Shown: positions 40,163 through 51,373, counted from the first letter of the stretch. The stretch is DNA of 64,000 nucleotides from Bacteroidetes bacterium RIFCSPLOWO2_12_FULL_35_15 (GCA_001769385.1 MEPB01000048.1:21548-85547); one strand, 5' to 3'. The notes: generated from the letters alone by a model not told the origin. Numbers and translations: made by a program.

Positions 40163-41761
40163 TTATTTCACAGGCATCAATGACAATTTTCCGTAAGATT
40201 GTTTATTACCCGCCTTTACAATATAAATATATGATCCATTTGCTATTTTCCTTCCGGCATCATCTCTTCCATCCCAAATGATTTCATGTGTTCCGGACAT
40301 TTCCTGATTGCTTTGAAGCGTTTTTAATTTAGTTCCGAGAATAGAATAAATTTCAATAGTGACTTTCGAAGTTTCGCTAATGAAATAGCCGATATTCACC
40401 TTGTTTTCGAAAGGATTAGGATACGCATACGTTCTCAGGTCAGATGAAACCCGACTAATGTGTTCGTTGATCCCATTCACAACGTATTCTTGTGACAACA
40501 TTGAATCGATGTTGTATAGTTCATCCCCCGGTTCATAAATTAACCATTGGAACGAATCGAACAGCATTTCATTTGTGGTGCTGGTTCCTGCAATAACAGT
40601 AACAGGCGGACTGCTTGGGTTATTTGGGTTTGAAGTTGTATTGTCAAATATATGCCTGGAATATAGCTTATAGCCATTCGGAACTTTTACCAGCTGCTTA
40701 AATGTATAATATCCTTGCCAATCGAAATTCCAGTTATTTATTCGAATCAATGGAATAGTATCAGTAGCCGCATAGGCATAGTTTACCATAAATGTAGCCA
40801 GTTTATGCGAATGAGGAAATGCTGAGAACATCGAAATACTATAAGGTAGTGTTCCTGATGCAGGATATTGTGCTGTAAACGTTTTAACAGTGTTTGCCGG
40901 AATATATAATGACCAGTTTTGTAAAGGAGTAGTCACATATACCGGACGAACACCTGTTGTTCCCGGAGGATAAAAATAGATCCTGATTTTTGTGCTGTCC
41001 TGAACTCCCGCAGTTCCTGCAGGATAATGAATCTGAAGTACAATTTTCGAACCTGATTTTATAGAAATCCCCATTTTTAAAGGTCCGGAGCTTGGAAAAA
41101 CGGTTGGAGAAGCCCCTGGAGCATAACCACCAATACTAAAATCTCCGGAAATGTTGTAACAAGCCCCCGTTAGATCGCTTGTCGTTGTCCCAAGTGTATC
41201 TATGTTTGCAATAACGTGATGCACAATCGTTGCATTTCCTGCAACTATTTCATAAGCCCGGATAATGCGATTTTGAGTGAGCCCGGTCGGAATAGAAAAA
41301 CAGACATAACTATCATTCGTAGAAGCATTGCTTGTAAATGTTGGTATTTTTAGCTCAAGGTCAGGTGCCCCATATAATTGGTACTGAGGATAAACAGGCG
41401 GAGCCGGTGCAAGTGTTGTATCACCGGCAGGTGTTCCATTAGCGATCCAGTTCAGGATAGCATTTTTTTCAGGAGTAGAAATAAGATGTTCATGTGAAAA
41501 ACGTGAATAAGTTGTGTCAGGTGACCAGGGAGGCATATAATTGGAATTTAAATATGCAGTGATCGTTGATGCATGTGAAATCACCTGAGAGTAGGTAATG
41601 AAAGATGGCGCGTGTTGATTTTCATGATGACAACCATCACATCTGTTGATAAATATTGGTGCAACATCACTGTAAACCAGTTGAGCAAATGTAGGTCCTG
41701 AAAAGAAGGAAATAAAGATAACAAGGGATAGCTTTTTCATAAGAATGTAGTTTTTTGTCAT
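40163..41761 (-). CDS. Secreted protein with N-terminal c-type cytochrome-like heme motif and T9SS type-A C-terminal sorting domain
   Basis: Signal peptide. APIFINRCDGCHHENQHAP is a CxxCH motif. The C-terminus YAYPNPFENKVNIGYF...GSYIYIVKAG is a CTD. Confidence 0.55.
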   Translation of the reverse strand: MTKNYILMKKLSLVIFISFFSGPTFAQLVYSDVAPIFINRCDGCHHENQHAPSFITYSQVISHASTITAYLNSNYMPPWSPDTTYSRFSHEHLISTPEKNAILNWIANGTPAGDTTLAPAPPVYPQYQLYGAPDLELKIPTFTSNASTNDSYVCFSIPTGLTQNRIIRAYEIVAGNATIVHHVIANIDTLGTTTSDLTGACYNISGDFSIGGYAPGASPTVFPSSGPLKMGISIKSGSKIVLQIHYPAGTAGVQDSTKIRIYFYPPGTTGVRPVYVTTPLQNWSLYIPANTVKTFTAQYPASGTLPYSISMFSAFPHSHKLATFMVNYAYAATDTIPLIRINNWNFDWQGYYTFKQLVKVPNGYKLYSRHIFDNTTSNPNNPSSPPVTVIAGTSTTNEMLFDSFQWLIYEPGDELYNIDSMLSQEYVVNGINEHISRVSSDLRTYAYPNPFENKVNIGYFISETSKVTIEIYSILGTKLKTLQSNQEMSGTHEIIWDGRDDAGRKIANGSYIYIVKAGNKQSYGKLSLMPVK

Positions 41762-42074
41762 GTTTAAATATGATATTAATCATGTTTTACAGATAACAAG
41801 TATAAAAATACATTTTATTAAAAGCAAATTTTTGCTTATTAAAAAATTTTTAAGTAAAAAAGCAGACAGGGTAAGTAATTCTTTTTCGTGTATTTATTTT
41901 TAATAAATAATTAATCGAACTCTTTTTAAATGTGTTAATTTTTGTAAAACTGATTTAACATTTTCTGTTTGCTATAATATCAATACGTATCTTAATTTCT
42001 ATTTTAAATTTGGGTATTTAAAATTTCTTTGTATTTTTCCACATAAATTCAGTAGTTCAATAAATAATTTAAAA

Positions 42075-42404
42075 TTGATTTCTATGAAAAATAAATTTAT
42101 TCTAAGCTTAATCTGTGTATTATTCAGTGTAATGTCCTATAGCCAGGGGGCTGTTGTTCAGGGACAACCTTCAACTGCTGATAAAAAAGAAAAAACCTTG
42201 GAACAAAAAATGGAAGGCACATATATGATTATTCATACCGGCAATAAAGTTACTGAGCTTTTAACTACTGATATCCTTTTAGAAATTGAAAAAAGAAGAG
42301 AAGAAACAAAGGAAATCTATTATGTTTACAGTCAGTATATAACGATAAAAATTCTTCCAAGAAGTGTTATTACAGCTCCTGACTTTGACCCTAAAAAATA
42401 CTAA
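42075..42404 (+). CDS. Small hypothetical secreted protein
   Basis: Signal peptide, 109 aa, upstream of the giant adhesin gene. Confidence 0.35.
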   Translation: MISMKNKFILSLICVLFSVMSYSQGAVVQGQPSTADKKEKTLEQKMEGTYMIIHTGNKVTELLTTDILLEIEKRREETKEIYYVYSQYITIKILPRSVITAPDFDPKKY

Positions 42405-42455
42405 CATTTTTTTTCATCTTAATTATCCACATTTTAATTTTTAATTACATTAATT

Positions 42456-45400
42456 ATGAAAAAAATAATACTAATTAACTGTCTTATATTCTTAAGTATT
42501 ATAAAAGCATTTGCACAACCCGCTAATGACGGTTGTGCCGGAGCTCAATCTGTTACACCTGATGGAACCTGTGTTGCAGGGACTACTGTAGATGCTACTG
42601 ATGGCTGGACGGGAAGTGTCGGTTGTCAATCCGGAGCTAGTCATCCGGAGGTTTGGTACTCTTTTGTTTCCACTGGAACGCAAGCAAGTTTCACAATTAC
42701 AAATGGTACAATGACTGGAAATATTGAGTTGGTTTTAGTTGAATCCTCTGGTCCTTGTGCCGGGCTGGCTTTAACAGGATCCTCTTGCGGAGCTTCTCCT
42801 TTAAGTGCTTCGTTTAATGGTTTGGTGATCGGTACAACCTATTATTATACCATTTCTTCTTCTACTTCTTCGCTTGGAACTTTTACAACTTGTGTAACCA
42901 CATCCAATCCTCCTCCGGTCTCCGGACAAGATTGTGGAAATGCTGCAATATTATGTAATAACAATCCTTTTTCACAGGGTACCTCAAGTGCTGGTGCAGG
43001 AGCTGTTTTTGGAAATGCTTCTAATGAAAATTTATCTGCATTGGGTTGTTTGGCATCTGATGAGCGTCAATCAAAATGGTATAAATTTACCATAGGTTGT
43101 ACAGGTACCATAGAGTTTTTAGTGGATCCTAATGATAATGCAAATGACTATGATTGGGCTGTTTATGATATTACTACTTCCGGTTGTGCATTAACTCCAG
43201 GTGGCGCAGCTGCAGGAGGAGCAACCCAGGTAGCTTGTAATTACAGTGGTTGTCCTGGAAATACAGGGATTCTGAATCCTTTAACGGATCCATGTACGAT
43301 AACTAATTATACAACATGCGAAGCGGCCGGAGGGCCCGGTAATTGCAGTGGTGCTGATATTGGTCAGTTTAGTATTGCACCTCCGACTCTTACTGCTGGC
43401 CATACGTATGCATTAATTATTGATAACTTTTCTCTTTCAAATGCAGGATTCGCATTCTCTTGGTTAAGTGGTGGAACAGCAACTATTGGACCTGATGCAA
43501 ATTATACGTATGCAAATCCATCCTGTGGCGTGTTTAATTTTACTAAATCGTGTGCTACAATTAATTCAACTTTTCTTTGGACCTTTGGTGATGGAGGAAC
43601 TTCAACTTTACAAAATCCTTCACATACTTATGTAACCGGTGGAACTTACATAATTTCTTTACAAGTTACGGACGCTCTTGGTTGTATTAATACAAGCAGC
43701 CAAACAGTTGCTTTTTTAACACCGCTAGCAACAGCTACTCCGGCATCACAAAGTATTTGTTCGGGTACATCTACTTCTATTGCATTAAGTAGTACTGTAA
43801 TCGGAACAACTTATGCCTGGACTGTTAGCGAAACTGGTGTTTCAGGAGCCAGTGCCGGAAGCGGTTCTTCTATTGCCCAGACATTGACTTTAACAGGAGC
43901 TGTTGCCGGAACTGCAACATATACGATTACTCCTACAGCTGCCGGTTGTGTTGGTGCAACAATCACGGTTACAATTACTGTCAACCCTAGTGCTACCATC
44001 GTACTTTCTTCTGCTGTTGGTACAAATGCGCAAACAGTTTGTGCATTAGCAGCAATTGCAAATATTACTTATACTGTTGGCGGAGCTGGAACTGGTGCAG
44101 GTGTTACCGGTTTGCCTGCTGGCGTTACCGGAGCATTTGCAGGAACGACATTCACTATCAGCGGTACACCAACAGCAACCGGAACTTTTAACTATGTTGT
44201 TACAACTACCGGAACCTGTACTCAGGCAACAGCAACCGGAACTATTATCGTGAATCCCAATGCGACAATTACACTAACTTCAGCTGCAGCTACAACAGCT
44301 CAGACGCTTTGTGTAAGTACAGCAATTACAAATATTACATACACAGTTGGTGGAGGTGGAACAGGTGCAGGGGTAACAGGTTTACCGGCTGGCGTAACAG
44401 GTTCTTTTGCAGGCGGTGTTTTCACAATCAGCGGCACTCCTACTGCAACAGGCACGTTTAATTACACGGTAACAACAACAGGAAGTTGCACGCAGGCAAC
44501 AGCACTCGGAACAATAACGGTAAACCCGAATGCCAGCATAACTTTAACATCCGCAGTAGGTTCTAATGCACAAACTATTTGCTTAACATCACCTGTCACA
44601 ACTATTACCTATACAGTTGGTGGTGGTGGAACCGGAGCTGGTGTAACAGGTTTGCCGGCAGGTGTATCAGGTTCTTTTGCAGGAAGTACATTTACGATCA
44701 GCGGAACTCCAACTGCAACAGGTACATTTAACTATGTAGTAACAACTACCGGAACCTGTACACAGGTTACCGCATTAGGGACTATCATTGTTAATCCGAA
44801 TGCGACAATTACCTTAACGTCTGCAATAGCTACTACAGCACAGACTCTTTGTGTAAGTACAGCAATTACAAATATTACATATACCATTGGTGGAGGTGGA
44901 ACAGGTGCAGGGGTAACAGGTTTGCCGGCCGGGGTAACAGGTTCTTATGCAGGTGGAATTTTCACAATCAGCGGCACTCCTACCGCAACAGGCACTTTTA
45001 ATTATACAGTAACAACAACGGGAACCTGTACCCAGGCAACAGCGCTGGGAACAATAACGGTAACCCCGAATGCAACCATAACTTTAACATCCGCAGTAGG
45101 TACCAATGCACAAACTATTTGCTTAACATCACCTGTCACAACGATTACCTATACGGTTGGTGGTGGTGGAACCGGTGCAGGTGTGACAGGTTTACCTGCA
45201 GGTGTAACGGGTTCTTTTGCCGGAAGTACATTCACGATCAGCGGAACACCAACAGCAACAGGTACATTTAACTATGTAGTTACAACTACCGGAACCTGTA
45301 CGCAGGTTACCGCATTAGGGACTATCATTGTTAATCCGAATGCGACAATTACCTTAACGTCTGCAATAGCTACTACAGCGCAGACTCTTTGTGTAAGTAC

Positions 45401-48400
45401 AGCAATTACAACTATTACTTACTCCATTGGTGGAAGCGGAACAGGGGCAGGTGTAACAGGTTTACCCGCGGGCGTAACAGGTTCTTTTGCCGGAGGAGTA
45501 TTTACAATAAGTGGAACTCCAACAGCATCAGGCACATTTAATTACACCGTAACAACAACGGGTACTTGCACACAAGCAACTGCTACAGGCAGCATAACAG
45601 TTAATCCATTACCTGCCATAACTTCAATCCCTTTTACAAATGAAACTACTTGTGGTGCTAGTGATGGAACAATAACAATTAATGCAACAGGTACCGGACT
45701 GACATATTCTATTAATGGTGGAACTTCATTTGTTGGAACTAATCTTTTTACAGGATTAGCAGCAGGAAGTTACACGATTGTTGTTGAAAATGCAGCAGGT
45801 TGTACAGTCAATGGTGGTGTAATATCTATCAGCAGCGCTGGTGCTCCTGCAACGCCTGCCGCTAATGCAGCCCCAAATCCTCTGTGTGAAGGTTCAGCTT
45901 TAACATTAACAGTTGTCGCCCCGGTTGGAGGCGTAACTTATAACTGGTCAGGTCCGGGAGGATATTCAGCAACAGGATCATCTGTTTCTATTCCAGGTGT
46001 TACAACCGCTATGACCGGTGTTTATACTGTAACCGGGAGTATTGGCTCTTGTGTGAGTCCGGGAGGATCAGTAACAGTAACTGTGGATCCAAATGCTGCC
46101 ATTGCTTTAACTTCAGCAGTAGGAACAGATATACAAACATGGTGTCTAACAAATACCATCACTACCATTAGTTATACAATTACCGATGGCGGCACGGGAG
46201 CTGGCGTAACAGGATTGCCAATAGGAGTAACAGGCTCTTATGCAGGAGGCATATTTACGATCAGTGGCACACCAACAGAAACCGGAACATTTAATTATAC
46301 AGTGACTACAACCGGAACTTGTACGCAAGCAGTGGCAAGCGGAACAATAACTATCAATCCCAATGCAATTATTACGTTGACATCTGCAGCCGGAACAGAT
46401 TCACAAATTGAATGTATCAACACTGCAATTACCGCCATAACCTATTCCGTAACCGGTGGTGGAGCAGGTGCCGGAGTTACAGGTTTACCGACAGGTGTAA
46501 CAGGTTCTTTTGCAGGAAGCATATTCACTATCAGCGGAATACCAACAGCTACCGGTACGTTTAATTATACAGTCACCACAACAGGAACCTGTACACAAAC
46601 AACAGCAACTGGAAGTATCATTGTAAACCCGGATGCAGCTATCACTTTAACATCAGCTGTTGGAACAGATGCACAAACATGGTGTCTTACTGATGCAGTA
46701 ACTACTATAACCTATTCTATAACAGGTGGTGGAACTGGTGCTGGTATAACTGGTTTGCCGGCAGGGGTGACTGGTTCTTTTTCAGGAGGGGTTTTTACAA
46801 TTAGCGGAACACCAACAGTAACCGGTGTTTTTAATTATCTGGTAACAACAACCGGATCCTGCACTCAAGCAAGTGCAACCGGAAGCATCACCATAAATTC
46901 AAATGCCATAATTACATTAACATCAGTAGCGGGAAGTGATATACAAACGTCCTGTATCAATGTCGCGATCACTCCAATAACATACTCTGTTTCAGGTGGT
47001 GGTGCCGGTGCCGGAGTAACAGGTTTACCAGCAGGTGTGGCAGGTTCTTTTTCAGGAGGGATATTCACTATCAGCGGAACTCCAACAGCAACAGGCATAT
47101 TTAACTACACGGTAACTACTACCGGTACTTGCACTCAGACAACAGCAACCGGTACCATAAATGTAAATCCGGATGCCATTATTGCTTTAACCTCAGCGGT
47201 TGGAACAGAAGCACAAACAGTATGTATTAATATACCAATCACTACTATTACATATTCAGTAACAGGAGGCGGAACAGGAGCCGGTGTAACAGGTTTGCCT
47301 ATAGGCATAACCGGATCATTTGCTGGGGGTGTGTTTACTATTTTTGGGACACCAACAGCATCAGGCACATTTAATTATAGCGTAACAACAACCGGTACGT
47401 GTAGCCAAGCAACTGCACTTGGAACAATAATAGTGGACAGTGATGCAGCTATTGCTTTAACATCTGTTGCAGGAACTGACGCACAAACAGCATGTATAAA
47501 TACAGCCATCACTTCAATCACATATTCTATAACAGGGAGTGGAACAAATGCCGGAGTAACCGGATTACCTGCAGGAGTAACAGGTTCATTGGCTGCAGGG
47601 GTCTTTACTATAAATGGAACACCTACTGCAACCGGTACATTTAATTATACCATAACAACAACAGGAACCTGTATCCAAACTACAGTATTGGGAAGTATGG
47701 TCATTAATCCGGATGCTGTTATTGCTTTAACATCGGCAGCCGGAACCAATTCACAAACGCTATGTATCAATACAGCGATTTCTGTAATTACATATTCCAT
47801 AACAGACGGTGGAACAGGAGCTGGTGTAACTGGTTTGCCGGCAGGTGTAACAGGATCATTTGCTGCAGGTGTGTTTACAATTTCCGGAACACCATCCACA
47901 TCAGGAACATTTAATTATACGGTAACAACAACAGGTACTTGTCTCCAAGCAACAGCAACCGGAAGCATTATTATTAATGCATTACCGATCATCGATACTA
48001 CTAACATTGTAATTACTCCGGCTACCTGTGGACTATCGGATGGATCTATAACCGGCATCACCGCTTCAGGTGCAACAGTATTAGCCTACACATGGAATGG
48101 AGCAGCAAGCGCTACAACTGATCTGATTAATGTTCCGGTTGGTGCATACACATTGGTGGCGATGGATATAAATAATTGCTCATCTTCAATGGGGCCGGTT
48201 CAAATAATAAACCCCGGAGCCCCTGCTGCTCCAGCCGCTCCGAGTCCTGCGGCTTATTGCCAAGGCGCTGCAATTGCCGATTTAACGGCAACGGGCACAG
48301 GAGGAACATTAACATGGTATGCAGATGCAGGCTTAATAGCTCAGGTAGGTACAGGTAGTCCTTTTACAACAGGCGTTACAAGTACCAGCACTTTTTATGT

Positions 48401-50168
48401 TACAGAAACGGTAAGTGGCTGCCAGAGTTCAGCAACAGTGGTAACTATTACGGTTAATCCTCCGCCATCCGCTCCAACAGCTCCAAGCCCGGCATCTTAT
48501 TGTCAGGGTGATACTATTGCTGATTTGACGGCAACAGGTACAGGTGGAACATTCACCTGGTATTCAGATGCCGGTTTAATAACTCAAGTAGGTACGGGTA
48601 GCCCTTTTGCATCAGGAGCTACAAGTACCGGTACTTTTTATGTAACAGAAACGGTAAGTGGTTGTCAGAGTGCGGCAACAACGGTAACTATTACAGTTAA
48701 TCCTCCTCCATCAGCACCAACTGCTCCAAGTCCTTCTGCTTATTGCCAAGGTACTGCCATTGCTGATTTAACAGCCTCCGGAACAGGGGGAACATTTACA
48801 TGGTATTCGAATCCAGGCTTAACAACTCAGGTAGGAACAGGTAGTCCTTTTGCATCCGGAGCAACAAATACAACTACTTTTTATGTAACAGAAACTTTAG
48901 GTGGATGTCAGGGTCCTGCAACAGCAGTAACTGTTACGTTTACTCCTGCCCCATTGGCTCCAACAGCTCCAAGCCCTGCAGCGTATTGCCAGGGTGCAGC
49001 TATTGCAGATTTAACAGCAACAGGTACAGGAGGCACATTCACCTGGTATTCAGATTCCGGTCTAACCACACAAGTGGGAACAGGAAGCCCTTTTGCCTCC
49101 GGAGCCACAAGTACCGGCACTTTTTATGTAACAGAAACAATAACCGGGTGTCAGAGCTTAGCAACAGCAGTAACCATTACCGTTAATTCGCCTCCATCAT
49201 CACCAACTGCTCCAAGTCCTGCAGCGTATTGTCAGGGTGATGCTATTGCGAATTTAACAGCGACAGGAACAGGCGGAACATTCACATGGTATTCAAATCC
49301 CGGCTTGACCACTCAAGTAGGGACAGGAAGTTCTTTTGCATCCGGAGCCACCAGTACCAGCATTTTTTATGTTACACAAACCATATCAGGATGTCCGAGT
49401 TCAGCAACTGCAGTGACTATTACAATTAATAATATACCAACTACTCCAACCGCAGGAAGCAACAGCCCAATATGCGAGGGTTCTGCATTAAATTTAACTT
49501 CTGATACAGTAACAGGAGCAACCTATAGCTGGACAGGTCCAAACGGATTCAATTCTCCTGCTGAGGATCCGGTTGTTAGTACTAGCGCTACTGTGGCGAT
49601 GTCTGGAACATATTCAGTTACTGTAACAGTAGCAGGTTGTACCAGTCTGGCAGGAACAACTTCCGTAATTGTGAATCCGCTACCTATTGCCAGTGCAGGA
49701 GTTGATGCAATGATCCTATCCGGTAGTTCCATAACATTAACGGCCAGCGGTGGCGGGTCGTATTTATGGAGTACAGGTGATACTGACACAACTATTACAG
49801 TTTCACCTACTGTTACTACAGATTATTGCGTAACGGTGATGGATGTAAATTCCTGTTCAGATAGTGATTGTGTTCGGGTAATTGTTGAAATACCTTGCGG
49901 AACATTATTTGTACCGCTTGCATTTTCACCAAATGGTGATAATGAAAATGATGTGTTGTCTGTTTATGGAGATTGTATTACGTATCTTGAATTTGTAATT
50001 TTTGATCGTTGGGGAGAAAAAGTATTTGAAACAAGCGACCAAACAATAAGTTGGGACGGTACCTACAAAGGAAAAAAATTGGATACTGCTGTTTTTGTTT
50101 ATTATTTGAAGGCAACAGTAAAAGGGGAATCAATAAACAAACACGGTAATATTACATTAACGAAATAA
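42456..50168 (+). CDS. Giant SprB-like cell-surface repeat adhesin with gliding-motility-associated (T9SS type-B) C-terminal domain
   Basis: 2570 aa with a signal peptide. SprB repeats (TCGASDGTITINATG; TCGLSDGSITGITASG). About 20 tandem ~90-aa T/G-rich Ig-like repeats and 5 x ~82-aa repeats. The C-terminus FSPNGDNENDVLSVYG...FDRWGEKVF is a type-B CTD. It is followed by sprF/porP. Confidence 0.8.
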   Translation: MKKIILINCLIFLSIIKAFAQPANDGCAGAQSVTPDGTCVAGTTVDATDGWTGSVGCQSGASHPEVWYSFVSTGTQASFTITNGTMTGNIELVLVESSGPCAGLALTGSSCGASPLSASFNGLVIGTTYYYTISSSTSSLGTFTTCVTTSNPPPVSGQDCGNAAILCNNNPFSQGTSSAGAGAVFGNASNENLSALGCLASDERQSKWYKFTIGCTGTIEFLVDPNDNANDYDWAVYDITTSGCALTPGGAAAGGATQVACNYSGCPGNTGILNPLTDPCTITNYTTCEAAGGPGNCSGADIGQFSIAPPTLTAGHTYALIIDNFSLSNAGFAFSWLSGGTATIGPDANYTYANPSCGVFNFTKSCATINSTFLWTFGDGGTSTLQNPSHTYVTGGTYIISLQVTDALGCINTSSQTVAFLTPLATATPASQSICSGTSTSIALSSTVIGTTYAWTVSETGVSGASAGSGSSIAQTLTLTGAVAGTATYTITPTAAGCVGATITVTITVNPSATIVLSSAVGTNAQTVCALAAIANITYTVGGAGTGAGVTGLPAGVTGAFAGTTFTISGTPTATGTFNYVVTTTGTCTQATATGTIIVNPNATITLTSAAATTAQTLCVSTAITNITYTVGGGGTGAGVTGLPAGVTGSFAGGVFTISGTPTATGTFNYTVTTTGSCTQATALGTITVNPNASITLTSAVGSNAQTICLTSPVTTITYTVGGGGTGAGVTGLPAGVSGSFAGSTFTISGTPTATGTFNYVVTTTGTCTQVTALGTIIVNPNATITLTSAIATTAQTLCVSTAITNITYTIGGGGTGAGVTGLPAGVTGSYAGGIFTISGTPTATGTFNYTVTTTGTCTQATALGTITVTPNATITLTSAVGTNAQTICLTSPVTTITYTVGGGGTGAGVTGLPAGVTGSFAGSTFTISGTPTATGTFNYVVTTTGTCTQVTALGTIIVNPNATITLTSAIATTAQTLCVSTAITTITYSIGGSGTGAGVTGLPAGVTGSFAGGVFTISGTPTASGTFNYTVTTTGTCTQATATGSITVNPLPAITSIPFTNETTCGASDGTITINATGTGLTYSINGGTSFVGTNLFTGLAAGSYTIVVENAAGCTVNGGVISISSAGAPATPAANAAPNPLCEGSALTLTVVAPVGGVTYNWSGPGGYSATGSSVSIPGVTTAMTGVYTVTGSIGSCVSPGGSVTVTVDPNAAIALTSAVGTDIQTWCLTNTITTISYTITDGGTGAGVTGLPIGVTGSYAGGIFTISGTPTETGTFNYTVTTTGTCTQAVASGTITINPNAIITLTSAAGTDSQIECINTAITAITYSVTGGGAGAGVTGLPTGVTGSFAGSIFTISGIPTATGTFNYTVTTTGTCTQTTATGSIIVNPDAAITLTSAVGTDAQTWCLTDAVTTITYSITGGGTGAGITGLPAGVTGSFSGGVFTISGTPTVTGVFNYLVTTTGSCTQASATGSITINSNAIITLTSVAGSDIQTSCINVAITPITYSVSGGGAGAGVTGLPAGVAGSFSGGIFTISGTPTATGIFNYTVTTTGTCTQTTATGTINVNPDAIIALTSAVGTEAQTVCINIPITTITYSVTGGGTGAGVTGLPIGITGSFAGGVFTIFGTPTASGTFNYSVTTTGTCSQATALGTIIVDSDAAIALTSVAGTDAQTACINTAITSITYSITGSGTNAGVTGLPAGVTGSLAAGVFTINGTPTATGTFNYTITTTGTCIQTTVLGSMVINPDAVIALTSAAGTNSQTLCINTAISVITYSITDGGTGAGVTGLPAGVTGSFAAGVFTISGTPSTSGTFNYTVTTTGTCLQATATGSIIINALPIIDTTNIVITPATCGLSDGSITGITASGATVLAYTWNGAASATTDLINVPVGAYTLVAMDINNCSSSMGPVQIINPGAPAAPAAPSPAAYCQGAAIADLTATGTGGTLTWYADAGLIAQVGTGSPFTTGVTSTSTFYVTETVSGCQSSATVVTITVNPPPSAPTAPSPASYCQGDTIADLTATGTGGTFTWYSDAGLITQVGTGSPFASGATSTGTFYVTETVSGCQSAATTVTITVNPPPSAPTAPSPSAYCQGTAIADLTASGTGGTFTWYSNPGLTTQVGTGSPFASGATNTTTFYVTETLGGCQGPATAVTVTFTPAPLAPTAPSPAAYCQGAAIADLTATGTGGTFTWYSDSGLTTQVGTGSPFASGATSTGTFYVTETITGCQSLATAVTITVNSPPSSPTAPSPAAYCQGDAIANLTATGTGGTFTWYSNPGLTTQVGTGSSFASGATSTSIFYVTQTISGCPSSATAVTITINNIPTTPTAGSNSPICEGSALNLTSDTVTGATYSWTGPNGFNSPAEDPVVSTSATVAMSGTYSVTVTVAGCTSLAGTTSVIVNPLPIASAGVDAMILSGSSITLTASGGGSYLWSTGDTDTTITVSPTVTTDYCVTVMDVNSCSDSDCVRVIVEIPCGTLFVPLAFSPNGDNENDVLSVYGDCITYLEFVIFDRWGEKVFETSDQTISWDGTYKGKKLDTAVFVYYLKATVKGESINKHGNITLTK

Positions 50169-50305
50169 AACAGGTTACGAATAAACAAATAAAAACGAAT
50201 TTACAAAACGAATCAAAAATGAAGATGTGTAGCAAATTAGTAAACATTTTTTTATTGCCGACTTGTAAGTTCTTAGCAAAAACTGAACATTAAAACAATA
50301 ACGAG

Positions 50306-51373
50306 ATGAAAACAAAAAACGAAATGGCTGTCCTGACAATTAAAAAGGCATTTTTTATTGCTGTATTAGTAGGATTAGTTAATTATGTTCCTGCAATAGC
50401 ACAGGATATTCACTTTTCGCAATTTGATGAAACCCCATTGCAATTGAATCCTGCAAATGCAGCTGTGCGGCACGAAATATCTGTAATTGCCAATTATAAA
50501 AATCAGTGGCAAAGTGTTGGGGCGCCTTATAAAACATTTGCATTTTCAGGAGAAGTTAAATTATTAAAAAAGAAAAAACAAAACCTTGGATTAGGAATTG
50601 ATTTTTTTAATGATAAAGCCGGTGATTCACAAATGGGAACTACTCAGGCAAATTTATCTCTTTCAGGAATTATTCCGCTTAATTCTAAAAGTCTTATTTC
50701 CGGTGGATTAATGTGTGGCTTTGCACAACGTACCATGACAAGCGGAAAACTTAGTTGGGGAAAACAATATAACGGAATGGACTATGATGCAAGTTTGCCA
50801 ACCGGTGAAATAAGTTCTGTTAGTAATTATACCTTTCTTGATCTTGGTGCCGGAGTACAATATAGCTATGGTACACATGAAATGTATATCTCTGCCAATG
50901 ATGCAAGAAAGATAAATATTGGAGTGTCTGTTTTTCACCCGCATCAACCGGCCTATTCCTATTATGGAGATAAGTCGCAAAGATTGCACATGAAACTAAT
51001 ATTTCATGGTGATGCAGCATTGGGAATAAAAAACACAAACCTGATATTAAAACCTTCTTATATTATTTTCATACAAGGAGCAACAAAAGAAATAACACCC
51101 GGTATGACCTTCCAGTATGTTTTACAGGAGTCCTCAAAATATACGGGCATCAAAAAAGCTTCTGCTGTTTCTCTTGGTGCTTATTATCGAACACAAGATG
51201 CATTTATAGCAATAGTAAAGTATGAATATTCAAATTATGCAGTCGGATTTAGTTACGATATTAATCTTTCAAAATTAAAAACAGTTTCTTCTGCTCGTGG
51301 CGGATTCGAAATTTCTTTACGATTTATTGCCCCTGCTGCTTTTGGTAAAAGCACTTCAAGAGCAAGGCTATAA
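50306..51373 (+). CDS. sprF: PorP/SprF family type IX secretion system membrane protein
   Basis: N-terminus AQDIHFSQFDETPLQLNPANA is the PorP/SprF signature. ~355 aa beta-barrel. Positioned directly after the type-B CTD adhesin. Confidence 0.8.
   Translation: MKTKNEMAVLTIKKAFFIAVLVGLVNYVPAIAQDIHFSQFDETPLQLNPANAAVRHEISVIANYKNQWQSVGAPYKTFAFSGEVKLLKKKKQNLGLGIDFFNDKAGDSQMGTTQANLSLSGIIPLNSKSLISGGLMCGFAQRTMTSGKLSWGKQYNGMDYDASLPTGEISSVSNYTFLDLGAGVQYSYGTHEMYISANDARKINIGVSVFHPHQPAYSYYGDKSQRLHMKLIFHGDAALGIKNTNLILKPSYIIFIQGATKEITPGMTFQYVLQESSKYTGIKKASAVSLGAYYRTQDAFIAIVKYEYSNYAVGFSYDINLSKLKTVSSARGGFEISLRFIAPAAFGKSTSRARL

Noticed and set aside
40063-40281. 72-aa ORF overlapping the REP cluster
   Set aside because: It lies within the tandem hairpin repeats and overlaps the 3' end of the real minus-strand gene. 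It is a non-coding repeat-derived frame.
43811-49789. Several 60-90-aa antisense ORFs inside the giant adhesin gene
   Set aside because: They are open frames generated by the codon-biased, repeat-rich (GGT/ACA-rich) coding sequence on the opposite strand, with no independent signals.
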